Below are positions 18,265 through 28,845 of a stretch of DNA of 64,000 bases, one piece after another. The stretch lies in NCBI GenBank assembly GCA_964403585.1, contig CAYOFQ010000001.1, positions 896,680 through 960,679 on the forward strand. The letters run 5' to 3'. Source of the DNA: an uncultured Gammaproteobacteria bacterium. Lineage in GTDB: Bacteria > Patescibacteriota > Microgenomatia > JALYQM01. A program made the position numbers and the translations under genes. Under the pieces are notes generated by a model, which was not told the DNA's origin, did not search any database, and saw only the letters and a list, made by a program, of their open reading frames with translations. How positions within the stretch are numbered: position 1 is the first letter of the stretch; each line of letters opens with the position of its first letter.

Positions 18265-19698
18265 GTGGCCAAACCAAGCGGTTTCTATGGCTCACCGGCA
18301 CGTACCGCAATTGGATTAGTAACAAATCCGGGCGAATTTGACCATAGTCCTGATAAACGCATCGACTTTTTTATGCCCGGTTCGCATGAAGAACGCTGGG
18401 TAGTCGGGTATAAAATTAGCGGCACAGCATATAAAGGTTCAAATGCTGCGCGCATGAACGTAACCGATATCTCCGACAACACAGTTACCGATACCAGTAG
18501 CGTAAATACATTATCGGCATATAGTGTTGGCACGTTCAATTCGGTATTAAAAGTGGAGCAAACATACCAATTCGACGTTAATGATGCTTTCTTTAAAACA
18601 ACTGTTATTCTCACCAACACCAGCGGAGGCTCAATCGATAGCGTCCGGTATATGCGTACATTTGATCCTGACAATACCTCTGATCAGGGCGGAGCCACGT
18701 CAACCCGCAACGAAGTGCAGTATACCTATGCCGCAGACGGTAAAGCCGTAGTTGAAGCACGTACCAGTAGTGATTCCGACCCGGTCTACACGGCAACCGG
18801 CTCCCAGGCACCGATCCTTTTTTACTCAACCGACAGTCGTGCAGTCACTTCAACATTTGGATTCAGCAACAACGATCCCTATGCGGCCTTAGCCTACGAC
18901 AGTCCACGAGCCAAAAACTCGGTACTCACGGGAGACAACGCCATAACCATAGCCTTCGATGTTGGCACACTCGCAGCTGCATCTTCCTCGACTTTTGTAT
19001 ATTACACCAGTTTAGATAGCCGAGATTTTAACACCGTTATCAGCGCCATCAGCGGAACAAGCGCAACACCAACACCAACCACAACACCGGTTATCCATAC
19101 TGCCGTTACACCACCGGTCTGTTCAGACACCAAACCATTGGGCGTACCGGACCTCTATCAAATCGACACTACCCAGAACAACGCCGCGCTCTATTTTACC
19201 CCGGTCCCAGACCAGGCCACATACTATTACGCAGCCTACGGCTATACACCCGAGGCCAAGGAATTCGGCGTTAAGATTGACTTGCCTGACGCACACGGAG
19301 CTCAGAAATATACGATCAACAAACTTGAAAAAAATATTGAATATTACTTTAAACTACGCGCCGGAAACGGCTGTGCTACCGGGGAATGGAGTCCACCATT
19401 CAAAGCCAAGACCTCCTCCAATACGGTCGCGTATTATAAAAACACCAATTCACTTTTCTCACTCAGTGGCGCTCGGGCAGTATTAGGAACCAGAACAACC
19501 GCCCCAGAACAATCAAACAGCAACACTTCGTGTGACTATACGGTACAAGCAGGGGATTCTTTGTGGTCAATATCAGCAAAATTTTTAGGAAAGGGAAGTG
19601 CATATGCTACACTGCGAAGCAAAAACACTTCAAACTATCCAACATTACACGAATCCACCAGACTGCGAACCGGTTGGACATTAAATACCTGTACATAA
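18265..19698 (+). CDS. surface protein with C-terminal FN3-like + LysM module (start uncertain)
   Basis: C-terminal LysM (CDYTVQAGDSLWSISAKF...) preceded by an FN3-like domain (YYFKLRAGNGCATGEWSP). First in-frame start is GTG at 18265 and no signal peptide is evident; strong GGAGG at 18211-18215 precedes an in-frame ATT. Confidence 0.55.
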   Translation: MAKPSGFYGSPARTAIGLVTNPGEFDHSPDKRIDFFMPGSHEERWVVGYKISGTAYKGSNAARMNVTDISDNTVTDTSSVNTLSAYSVGTFNSVLKVEQTYQFDVNDAFFKTTVILTNTSGGSIDSVRYMRTFDPDNTSDQGGATSTRNEVQYTYAADGKAVVEARTSSDSDPVYTATGSQAPILFYSTDSRAVTSTFGFSNNDPYAALAYDSPRAKNSVLTGDNAITIAFDVGTLAAASSSTFVYYTSLDSRDFNTVISAISGTSATPTPTTTPVIHTAVTPPVCSDTKPLGVPDLYQIDTTQNNAALYFTPVPDQATYYYAAYGYTPEAKEFGVKIDLPDAHGAQKYTINKLEKNIEYYFKLRAGNGCATGEWSPPFKAKTSSNTVAYYKNTNSLFSLSGARAVLGTRTTAPEQSNSNTSCDYTVQAGDSLWSISAKFLGKGSAYATLRSKNTSNYPTLHESTRLRTGWTLNTCT

Positions 19699-19708
19699 TA
19701 CAAAAACT

Positions 19709-20038
19709 ATGAACAATCAATCAAAAATACCCGCAAAAGTAACGTACCAGATCCAACTTGGCCGTTTCAGTATCGTCTATGTATTACTACTGATGGGGAT
19801 TTCTTCAATCACCGCCGCCATAATCACCGGAATGATACTCTTCCCGCAGAAACGGACCAGAGAACATTTATACCGATACACACTCATAGGCATAGCCAAC
19901 TATCTCAGTCTCATTGGAGCATATGTGGCCATGAAGAAATTACTCCCGGGGAAGCAGCGCACGTTTCTACTAACTTTCTCACTAAGTGTTCTGCTAATCG
20001 GCGCACTTATTACCGCAGTAATGAACATGACCCTATAA
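19709..20038 (+). CDS. hypothetical small membrane protein
   Basis: 109 aa, three predicted TM helices. Confidence 0.35.
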   Translation: MNNQSKIPAKVTYQIQLGRFSIVYVLLLMGISSITAAIITGMILFPQKRTREHLYRYTLIGIANYLSLIGAYVAMKKLLPGKQRTFLLTFSLSVLLIGALITAVMNMTL

Positions 20039-21526
20039 GCGAATCAGTAATCGAACTTCATCACGCAGAAAATATAACCCAACCAAACTCCCGGCAACCA
20101 CTGCAGCTAAAGAAGAAATCACTGCCGGAGCAGGGAACACATACATGATCGCATACATAATTGCCGCACTGCCGAAACACGACGCTCCCGTCCGGATCAG
20201 GGTACGCCGCACCACCCATAAAACAGGCATCGATTTACTGAGCAGATAAAACAACGCTCCGACCTCAAAGGCCACGGTCAAAGAATCGAAGAAGGCCAAA
20301 CCGACCGCGCCCCACGGTTCCAGAAACACAATACTCAAACCAATATACAAAAACATTCGTACCAGTGTAATCATAAAGGGAGTACGACTATCCTGCTGCG
20401 CGTAGTATGCCCGGGTAACTATCTCCAGCAAACACTGGGCAAATAGACCGACTAAATACGCTTTAGTCGTTAAACTAAGAAGAGTGCTGGCTTCTGTAGA
20501 AAAATGAAAGAGCGGACCGATCAGGGAATCCAAACCAACCGAAAGTACAACAGTTATTAAAACTGAGATTGAAAAAACAACCCGAATTGCCGTATGCAGG
20601 GTATCGGCAAACGCTTCAGTTTTTTTTTCATCGGCAAAATGGGCCAGCGTCGGCAACAGGGCTGTAGCAATAGCAGTCCCGATTAACGTTTCAGGGACCT
20701 GCAGAATAAAATACCCGTACGTTAAAGCTGAAACTGCACCTTCATGCAGCCGGGAGGCCAAATTATCGCGGGTAAGAAAGATTATCTGGATAAAAAGTAC
20801 GGTCAAAATCCGCGGGCCCATTAACCGCAATACTTTACGGACGCCTTCATCATGCCAACCGAATGTAGGGGACCAGACAAACCCGTATTTAATCATCCCG
20901 GGGATCTGAACCATCAGGTGGAGCACGGCACCAAGAATTACCCCATACGCTAACCCATACACTCCTAGATTGAAATAGGGAGCGAGTATGACTGCTCCAA
21001 AAATTTGACCAACGTTATACAGTATCGGAGCAATCGCCGGCAAGACAAAACTTTTGTGTGACTGCAACGCAGCCATTACCAAACCGCCTAAGGAAAAAAT
21101 AAGTGTAGCAATTAAATTTAACTGCATCAGCCGTGCCGTCAGTTGCTGCTGCTGGGGAGAAAAACCGGGAGCAATACCAAATTCGGCCGAGACAATTTGC
21201 CGGGCGAATATTGCCACAAGAATTGATAAGATTGCCGTAGCCACAAACACCAGATTCGCGATTCGTGAAAAGAGCAGCCAGGCATCCGAACGACCGCGCT
21301 TATCGATATATTCAGTTAACACCGGAATAAAGGCTAAAGCGAGTGCACCACCGGAAATGAGGGAAAATAAAAGATCAGGAACATTATTCGCCACGTTAAA
21401 TGCATCAATCGCCGGGCTTAAGCCAAACTCGCGGGCAATCAACCCCTGACGAACAAGCGCTACCAGTTTATTTACCCCAAAGAAAAAAGAGAGCAGTAGC
21501 GTTATGCGGAATAAGCGCGACATCAT
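20033..21526 (-). CDS. murJ: lipid II flippase MurJ (MviN family)
   Basis: 497 aa polytopic membrane protein; N-terminus MMSRLFRITLLLSFFFGVNKLVALVRQGLIAREFG and length typical of MurJ/MviN. Confidence 0.75.
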   Translation of the reverse strand: MMSRLFRITLLLSFFFGVNKLVALVRQGLIAREFGLSPAIDAFNVANNVPDLLFSLISGGALALAFIPVLTEYIDKRGRSDAWLLFSRIANLVFVATAILSILVAIFARQIVSAEFGIAPGFSPQQQQLTARLMQLNLIATLIFSLGGLVMAALQSHKSFVLPAIAPILYNVGQIFGAVILAPYFNLGVYGLAYGVILGAVLHLMVQIPGMIKYGFVWSPTFGWHDEGVRKVLRLMGPRILTVLFIQIIFLTRDNLASRLHEGAVSALTYGYFILQVPETLIGTAIATALLPTLAHFADEKKTEAFADTLHTAIRVVFSISVLITVVLSVGLDSLIGPLFHFSTEASTLLSLTTKAYLVGLFAQCLLEIVTRAYYAQQDSRTPFMITLVRMFLYIGLSIVFLEPWGAVGLAFFDSLTVAFEVGALFYLLSKSMPVLWVVRRTLIRTGASCFGSAAIMYAIMYVFPAPAVISSLAAVVAGSLVGLYFLRDEVRLLIRL

Positions 21527-21610
21527 GGTAAGTATACCAAATAATCAATATCTGAGTTGAAGTTGTAAAGCCTATTGCAATAGGAGTAAAATAGCAGCAT
21601 CATAATACCA

Positions 21611-24600
21611 ATGGCTTCTGAAATTAACGAACTGATTGCGCTATTAAATAAAAAGGGAGTATCAACCGATACAATTCGTCAGGAACTTACTTCTTCGGTC
21701 CGCGAAGCCTATGATCTCTGGACTCACCAGCATGACGATTCGGTAACGGTTGATATTGACAAGCACTCCGAAGCGATTCATATTTCCAAAGATGGAAAAG
21801 ATATCACCCCGCCTGACTTTACTCCCGCAGCCCAACAGGCCGCCCGTAAGAAACTCATCGCCTTAATTGCCCAGGCCGATACACAGAATCATGTGATTCG
21901 GGCCAGCCGTGGCTTTGGCGGCCTTATTCATGTTGTATTCTGGTTTTACAACGGACTGTACATTTTGTTCACCATTCTTTTTGCGACCTATATTCTTCCA
22001 TCCATCACAATTACAGACTGGATTGAACTCATCACCACCCAACCGATAATGCGTACCGTTATTCCGTTGCTCGTGATGTGTTTACCGTACATTACGTTGG
22101 CAGTAGTAATCAGAAAAAAAGTATACACATCAACTACTGGATTGGCTAAACTATTTTTCCTTTTTGAAATTCCACTGTTAGCACTGAGTTTTATCTCATT
22201 TAATGTCTTAAGCGAAGCCATCCTGCCAGTCTGGGTACTTTTCACCATCCTGCTTCTGATTCCTTTTTACTGGCTGTTTGAAACACTACACCTGGCTAAA
22301 ATCAACGCGGTTACTCTGATTCTTTCGCATGGCATAAAAATAATAATCTTGGGGACAACTGCGTATATCGGACTGATACTCGCGTTTTTCCTTCCTCTTA
22401 TCGTAACCGGATTCATTAAAATGCTCTGGACCATTGTTACCGAAATAGGGAACGGTTCCGGCTATTTCTATTTCAACTTCTTCTCGGTAATAATGGGACT
22501 GATCTTCGGATCTTTAATAGTATTATCAATCGCGCTCTTAATCGCGCTTCCATACTTCTTAACCTACACAATGTGGAAGTCTGCCCAAAAAAGTTGGAAG
22601 GAAATTGCCCAGCGATTTAACGTAGGCACCGCTCAACTGATAACCACCAGCCCAGCACTGCTGTTATTCGTAGCATTATTCTTCTCTGCAATACAGCCGG
22701 ATACGCTGCCCTTGATTAACAAAACCGAACTGGTAAAAAATCTCCCCACCTTTGAACAACGCTCACAATTAGCCGGAGAACTGCGTCCGCACAAAGAAAC
22801 TCTGCGCAAAGGAATTCTTGATTCTGCTAATGCCAACAACCGCTATCTGTTTATTAAAGGCGACAACATGCTCCAGGACATGTATGAAAGCGTCTTCGAA
22901 ACCAATCTAAACTCCTTTTGGCTTATACAGGAGGCGTTTGATGTCGTTGTCTATCCGTTTGTCTACCGGGGACCGCAATTAGGATACAACTCGGTTGTAC
23001 AAAATAACTATCAGTATCTCTTTGGCAAAACAATTTATGCTCAGGACAACACCAACACATCCGGCACGGTTAAACGCACCGAACGAAAAATAACCGCCAA
23101 AAGTATCCGTAACGGGTTATTCGCCGATGTCACGATCGAAGAAAGCTTTACCAACTCCTCATTTTCCGATGAGGAAGTAATCTACGAATTTTCGCTACCA
23201 CCAGATGCCGTAATTACCGGACTTAAACTGGGTCCACAGCTCGAGTACCCAGGAATAATTGCACCACGCGGGGCAGCAGCTTCAACCTACCAGCGGGAAG
23301 TTAACCGGTTCCGTGACCCTGCCTTGCTTGAACAAACCGGACCGCAACAATACCGGTTGCGGATATTTCCTATTCCGGGTAAGGTCAACTCCGGAAGCAC
23401 CACTGCAGAAAAGCAAAAAGTACAGTTTACCTATCTGGTAAGTCTTAATCAGGATGGCTTCGCACTCCCGGCCTATACGAAAGAACAAAACATTAATAGT
23501 ACTGCGAAGGGAACAATCACCGGTCAACTGGACAATACTTCGGTTAAGCTTGACGCAAAATCGATGGTAATTCCTGTCAAAAATGCCCGGGCAACGCTGT
23601 GTAACAATACTCCCGGCGACATCCAGATTAAAAGCAGTACCTATGAAGGACTTCTGCACTACACCAAAGCTGGCTGCAATAGCCCCACCGCAGTGAAAGA
23701 CCAACGCATCGCCATTCTCTACGACACTTCCGCACTACGTGAAGAAACGACACAGTGGCGGGAACTGCTAAGTTTCATCAGGGATAATCCTTCATTTATT
23801 ACAAATAATACCGTCGATCTTTATTTCTTTAACGATTTGGTCAGTACAAAAATCCCGTTGAACGCAACCAACCTCCCCAAAGAACCAACCTATTTTGGCC
23901 AGCGCGAAAAAACACTGCCGGTACCGCGGGTACCGGAAAATTACTCCGCACTCGTGATCCTGACCGACAAGGAATTCACCATACCAACAAATTCATCCGA
24001 TCCTTCCGGAACCGGAACTAGGATGCATATTGCGTATGCTGAAGGCAAAGTCCCACCATTCAATCAGGCATTAACCCGCTTGATAGTTCAGTCTGAAACC
24101 GGTATCTATACCAGCGTACAGGACGCTTTATTGAACACCGGCGCAGTGCCGTCTGATAACGAGGACGTAATCCTCACCAAAACACCGTATTGGACATTAA
24201 GCCGTACATCCGATCTCAATGCACCGGTCGCTGACAAACAATTCTCGGCACTGCTGATTAATAAAGAAATAGAGAAGATCATTAGCGAGTACGATGGTGC
24301 TCTGGAACAAAATATTGCCTATGCCGATACACTATACCTGGAAGCCAAGAATGTGCAGGTCGTAACCTTACTTTCATCGCTTATCGCACTCGTAAATGAA
24401 CGTCAGGAGCAGGATCTGTATTACGATTCCCAAAAATACGACCGGTATACCGACCCGAATTCTCCGTCGGGTTCACAAATACAGTTACCACTGCCAACAC
24501 GATCAACGAACGGGTTCAACAGCCTCGATACTGTCGGAAGCAGTGCGTATGGGTTCTCGGATATCGGCAGTGCAATTGGGGGAATTGTTAATTTGTTCCT

Positions 24601-24682
24601 GCTTGCTAATGCCGCACTCGTCGGCTTAGCAGCCCTTATTTATGGAGTCCGGAAGATTAGAGCCCGCAATTATCCGCAATAA
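21611..24682 (+). CDS. large polytopic membrane protein with VIT-like and vWA-like extracytoplasmic domains
   Basis: 1023 aa. N-terminal ~100 aa soluble, then ~8 TM helices. Central VIT-like segment (YEFSLPPDAVITGLKL...RDPALLEQTGPQQYRLRIFPIP), then a vWA-like segment with partial MIDAS (IAILYDTSAL). C-terminal TM anchor GGIVNLFLLANAALVGLAALIYGV. Confidence 0.6.
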   Translation: MASEINELIALLNKKGVSTDTIRQELTSSVREAYDLWTHQHDDSVTVDIDKHSEAIHISKDGKDITPPDFTPAAQQAARKKLIALIAQADTQNHVIRASRGFGGLIHVVFWFYNGLYILFTILFATYILPSITITDWIELITTQPIMRTVIPLLVMCLPYITLAVVIRKKVYTSTTGLAKLFFLFEIPLLALSFISFNVLSEAILPVWVLFTILLLIPFYWLFETLHLAKINAVTLILSHGIKIIILGTTAYIGLILAFFLPLIVTGFIKMLWTIVTEIGNGSGYFYFNFFSVIMGLIFGSLIVLSIALLIALPYFLTYTMWKSAQKSWKEIAQRFNVGTAQLITTSPALLLFVALFFSAIQPDTLPLINKTELVKNLPTFEQRSQLAGELRPHKETLRKGILDSANANNRYLFIKGDNMLQDMYESVFETNLNSFWLIQEAFDVVVYPFVYRGPQLGYNSVVQNNYQYLFGKTIYAQDNTNTSGTVKRTERKITAKSIRNGLFADVTIEESFTNSSFSDEEVIYEFSLPPDAVITGLKLGPQLEYPGIIAPRGAAASTYQREVNRFRDPALLEQTGPQQYRLRIFPIPGKVNSGSTTAEKQKVQFTYLVSLNQDGFALPAYTKEQNINSTAKGTITGQLDNTSVKLDAKSMVIPVKNARATLCNNTPGDIQIKSSTYEGLLHYTKAGCNSPTAVKDQRIAILYDTSALREETTQWRELLSFIRDNPSFITNNTVDLYFFNDLVSTKIPLNATNLPKEPTYFGQREKTLPVPRVPENYSALVILTDKEFTIPTNSSDPSGTGTRMHIAYAEGKVPPFNQALTRLIVQSETGIYTSVQDALLNTGAVPSDNEDVILTKTPYWTLSRTSDLNAPVADKQFSALLINKEIEKIISEYDGALEQNIAYADTLYLEAKNVQVVTLLSSLIALVNERQEQDLYYDSQKYDRYTDPNSPSGSQIQLPLPTRSTNGFNSLDTVGSSAYGFSDIGSAIGGIVNLFLLANAALVGLAALIYGVRKIRARNYPQ

Positions 24683-24683
24683 C

Positions 24684-25865
24684 TTATTCAACAAAAGTTA
24701 AAGCTTTACCCATTTTATTCGCGCGACCGGTACGGCCGATGCGATGGATATAATCCTCGTATGTCTCAGGAAGTTCGTAATTGATAACGTGCGAAACATC
24801 CGGAATATCCAAACCACGTGCCGCAACATCAGTAGCAACCAGAATCATAATATGATCTTTTTTGAACTTGTTGAGCGCCTGCTGGCGGGCATTCTGTGTT
24901 TTGTCTCCATGAATGGAGTCCACGCGGAACCCGCGGTCGCGAAGCGTATTTGATAATTTATTGACGCCGCGTTTCGTGCGGCCAAAAATCAATACCTTGG
25001 TAAAATCTTCCTGAATCAGCAGTTCGTGTAATACATCAACTTTGTTATCACCGGGGGTCAAACGTACCACATCCTGGTCAACAGTCGCAGCCGTATCGCG
25101 TTTTTTCAAAGAAACAACTACTGGATTCAGCATTTCGGCTCGTACCAGCGCATCGATTTCCCGCGACAGGGTAGCCGAGAAAAACAGCGATTGACGTTGT
25201 TTCGGTAACATACTCAAGAGTTGCTGGATATCTTTGACAAATCCCATATCAAACATCTGATCAACTTCATCAAGTACGACACTGTTAAATCGTGACAGCG
25301 AGATAACTCTTTGATTCAGCAAATCCTTCAATCGGCCCGGAGTAGCAATCACAAAGTTATAGCGGCGTTTTCGCAGATTCTGAATCTGCACGTTCATACT
25401 CGATCCCCCAATACAAACAACGGAGTACAATCCCATGCCATGAGTAAAGGCACGGAATTCATCTTCAATTTGCACTGCCAGTTCACGGGTTGGGGCAATA
25501 ATCAGCACCATTTCCGAACGCTGCAGTAATACTTTATTAATAAGCGGTAACAAAAAAGCTGCCGTTTTACCGGTACCAGTATTAGCAATACCAAGCACAT
25601 CACGACCGGCCAGACCATGAGCAATCGTCTGATCCTGAATCGGTGTTGGGTGTTCGTACCCTCGTTGTGCAATACTGTTTTTTAATTCGGGCACGAAGTT
25701 GAAGTCGGCAAACGCATGCTGCGCAACATATTCCTCTTCGACCTGAAATTCAGGTGTTTTGTTGATAAATTTAGTAATATCGGCAAAAACACCACGCGGG
25801 CGCTTACCTTGATTAAAATTGCCACGTTTAGGTCGTGACTGACCGTTAAAACTACGGAAAGACAT
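24684..25865 (-). CDS. DEAD-box ATP-dependent RNA helicase
   Basis: 393 aa; Q-motif, motif I ANTGTGKTAAF, Ia PTRELA, motif II as DEVD (VLDEVDQMF), III SAT, VI HRIGRTGRA. Confidence 0.9.
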   Translation of the reverse strand: MSFRSFNGQSRPKRGNFNQGKRPRGVFADITKFINKTPEFQVEEEYVAQHAFADFNFVPELKNSIAQRGYEHPTPIQDQTIAHGLAGRDVLGIANTGTGKTAAFLLPLINKVLLQRSEMVLIIAPTRELAVQIEDEFRAFTHGMGLYSVVCIGGSSMNVQIQNLRKRRYNFVIATPGRLKDLLNQRVISLSRFNSVVLDEVDQMFDMGFVKDIQQLLSMLPKQRQSLFFSATLSREIDALVRAEMLNPVVVSLKKRDTAATVDQDVVRLTPGDNKVDVLHELLIQEDFTKVLIFGRTKRGVNKLSNTLRDRGFRVDSIHGDKTQNARQQALNKFKKDHIMILVATDVAARGLDIPDVSHVINYELPETYEDYIHRIGRTGRANKMGKALTFVE

Positions 25866-26058
25866 AAAAATCCTTACAATTGGTTATAATACAAATTGAA
25901 ACCAATTCAGGAGAAAATACGTAGGGGAATAGACTCAAAAATCAGTTACCTAAAGCCACGCTTTAGAATCAATTTAGAGGAGTATACCAGAAACAGAGCA
26001 AAAAGTCAACTTACTATAGGATATTGAAGTTACCGTACAATCAGTTTAGGATAAAAAT

Positions 26059-26595
26059 ATGATGCAATCAAAAAAATCTCCAATCCTGTGGTTAGCAATA
26101 CTGTGGGTCATCGCCGTCATTATCGTTGCAGGCACCATGCTTTTCGGTAAAAAACCGGAAAATTCACCCGCCCCAACCGGCAACCCTGTCATCAAAACTC
26201 CAACCATCACGACGTTCGAAGAATGTATAAAAGCCGGCTATCCGGTCATGGAAAGCTATCCGCGACAATGCAAAGCACCCAATGGTATTACCTACACCGA
26301 AACTATTAATCAGACTTTTGCACCGGAGGAACGTATCACTAAAAAAGGGAAACTGGTCTGCCTGCCGCACAAAAACCCCGGCGAAGTGCAAACCATGGAA
26401 TGCGCGTATGGTCTCCTTGCCGAAGACAATAAATATTACTCACTCAACGATACTGATCCCGAATATAAAAATATCTCAACAGCCCCTATGAATGAACCTG
26501 TTCAAGTCACCGGAAAGCTTACACTAAAAGAGGATCGAATATATGCGTCTATTGGAGTTATCGATGTAGTGGAAATTACAAAAGCTTTAAACTGA
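26059..26595 (+). CDS. hypothetical secreted/membrane-anchored protein
   Basis: 178 aa; N-terminal TM/signal, Cys-containing soluble domain. Confidence 0.4.
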   Translation: MMQSKKSPILWLAILWVIAVIIVAGTMLFGKKPENSPAPTGNPVIKTPTITTFEECIKAGYPVMESYPRQCKAPNGITYTETINQTFAPEERITKKGKLVCLPHKNPGEVQTMECAYGLLAEDNKYYSLNDTDPEYKNISTAPMNEPVQVTGKLTLKEDRIYASIGVIDVVEITKALN

Positions 26596-27714
26596 ATTTA
26601 ACGCGTCGCGAGCCGCCTGCATCGAATCATTATACTGCACAGCTTTTTTATACTCTTCCCGGGCAGCTTCGCGCTTTCCCTGTTTTATATATACATCACC
26701 ACGCAACAAATACAACTCTGAAAAAGCACGATTGTGATTATTCAAAATAGACTCTGATATCGATAATACCTTGTCATATTGTCCAAGTTCATAATATGCA
26801 CGGAGAGGCTCGATCTGATACCACAAAGTACGAAACGACAATCTGGATTGCACTTTTTCAAATTCCTGCACCGATCGACGGTAATCTCCGGTATAGTAGG
26901 CGGCTACGGATAAATTGAATCGGGCATCCACATTTTCCGGATCCTGTTGCAGCTGTTTCTCAGATAACTCGATAGCATGGGTCCAGGCAGTCTTCTCATC
27001 CAAATCAGCACCCAAAATTGTCTCGGCGAGGGTTTGTTTATCTTTCGGCACCAGCACCAGATATTCATAATTGAATTTATCCCAGATTTCATTGAAGGCT
27101 TCATAGGTATAGACTAAGTTTTTTCCCTGATACGAATCATCCTGAATAAATACCCGCTGGTTATCGTCATACCCGCGCATCATCCGGTAATGGCCAATAT
27201 CATCATTCGGTTTCAGCCAGGTTACCGTAATCACCGGCATATCGTGCGCTATAAACTGCTTCAGCAATTCCGGAGTACCATTCGGCCGATGATAGGCGAG
27301 CAGACCAAATTCCTCTGCCTTAGCCCCCAACTCATCCAGCGAAACAGATTTATCATCATTATCTCCATTTTTTACCTGATACGGCCGTAAGGCTTTTCCA
27401 AGCTCTTCCTGACTTTTATATATGCCATAATAGGAAAGTGCCATCGACAGTGACGCCGGACCGCAGTTATTAAATGTTTGAAACACATGACGGGATTCCG
27501 GCAATACTTTTACCCGAGGAATCGCTCCTACTGTGGGGGTTGGATCACCGTCCGGCTCGGCACTGACAACCGGCCGCGGCGAGGTACTCACTGCCGGAAT
27601 TGGGGCATACGTAGGAAAAACCTCATGCCGATCCAGAAATTTTTTGCCCAAAAAGGCAACCGGTAATCCCGCAAAAACGAGAACAATCACACCACCAAGC
27701 AGATATTTTTTCAT
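26587..27714 (-). CDS. peptidase C39-like domain protein with TPR repeats
   Basis: 375 aa; N-terminal TM; FQTFNNCGPASLSMALSYYG catalytic Cys region of C39_2-like peptidases; C-terminal TPR repeats. Confidence 0.55.
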   Translation of the reverse strand: MKKYLLGGVIVLVFAGLPVAFLGKKFLDRHEVFPTYAPIPAVSTSPRPVVSAEPDGDPTPTVGAIPRVKVLPESRHVFQTFNNCGPASLSMALSYYGIYKSQEELGKALRPYQVKNGDNDDKSVSLDELGAKAEEFGLLAYHRPNGTPELLKQFIAHDMPVITVTWLKPNDDIGHYRMMRGYDDNQRVFIQDDSYQGKNLVYTYEAFNEIWDKFNYEYLVLVPKDKQTLAETILGADLDEKTAWTHAIELSEKQLQQDPENVDARFNLSVAAYYTGDYRRSVQEFEKVQSRLSFRTLWYQIEPLRAYYELGQYDKVLSISESILNNHNRAFSELYLLRGDVYIKQGKREAAREEYKKAVQYNDSMQAARDALNSV

Positions 27715-27767
27715 AAGCTACAACAAACTCTATACGGTCATATAACAATTATATTATACTAGAGTGT

Positions 27768-28844
27768 ATGATCCAGGGTAAGAAAATTTCCTGCCTCAAG
27801 GTAAGTCTCGCGCTTGCACTCCTAATTTCACTCACCGCCTGTACACCATCTATGAACAAAGGTGAAGAAACTAGTAAACCAACCACTTCACCTGCTCCTA
27901 CAGAGGAAGGTACCAAAATACAACCAAATATTGAAGCGCGTAATATACCTTTTTATGAAATGACTATCCCGTACTTACGCGAACGAACCTACTCGTCATC
28001 AATAGGTGCTCTCCAAAAATATTCAGAGGCAGCTAATTTTACTTCCTTCCTTACCAGCTACACTTCGGACAACTTAAAAATTAATGCATTACTCACCCAA
28101 CCGAAAGGGGAGCGACCTGCCGGAGGGTGGCCGGCAATTGTTTTTGTACACGGCTACATTCCTCCTCAACAATACCGCACCACCGAAAAATATGTCGACT
28201 ATGTTAACACCTTAGCCAGAAATGGTTTCGTTGTTTTCAAAATAGATTTACGCGGACACGGCAGCTCTGAAGGCGACGCCGGCGGCGGCTACTATTCTTC
28301 GGATTATGTCATCGACACGTTAAATGCCTATGCCGCACTCCAGTCAACAGATTTTGTTGATCCGCAACGGGTAGGCTTATGGGGACACAGTATGGCCGGA
28401 AATGTTTTATCACGAAGCTTTTCAGCCAGGCCCGAAATCCCCGCCGTGGTCATCTGGGCAGGCGCCGGGTTTACCTACCAGGATTTACGGGACTATCGCA
28501 TTAGCGACAACAGCTATCGCCCGCAACCAAGCGATTCACCAACACAGCGCCGCCGGCAACAACTATTTGCCGCACACGGGCAGTTTGATCCGAATAATGA
28601 TTTCTGGAAACAGGTCGCCCCAAGTAATTACTTACATGAGTGGAAAGGTGCAATTCAGCTAGACCATGCCGTCGACGACGATGTAGTCAGCGTTAACTAC
28701 AGCCGGAATTTAAACAATCTCCTCGATCAAACTTCAGTGACACATGAATTGAAAGAATATCCAAATGGTGGCCATAATATTTCCGGGGCCAATTTTACCC
28801 AAGCCATGAACAACACTGTTAGATTTTATAAAGAGCACCTCTAA
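27768..28844 (+). CDS. alpha/beta hydrolase lipoprotein (S9/dienelactone-hydrolase-like)
   Basis: 358 aa; lipobox LTAC; nucleophile elbow GHSMAGN; FVHGY oxyanion region. Confidence 0.65.
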   Translation: MIQGKKISCLKVSLALALLISLTACTPSMNKGEETSKPTTSPAPTEEGTKIQPNIEARNIPFYEMTIPYLRERTYSSSIGALQKYSEAANFTSFLTSYTSDNLKINALLTQPKGERPAGGWPAIVFVHGYIPPQQYRTTEKYVDYVNTLARNGFVVFKIDLRGHGSSEGDAGGGYYSSDYVIDTLNAYAALQSTDFVDPQRVGLWGHSMAGNVLSRSFSARPEIPAVVIWAGAGFTYQDLRDYRISDNSYRPQPSDSPTQRRRQQLFAAHGQFDPNNDFWKQVAPSNYLHEWKGAIQLDHAVDDDVVSVNYSRNLNNLLDQTSVTHELKEYPNGGHNISGANFTQAMNNTVRFYKEHL

Positions 28845-28845
28845 A

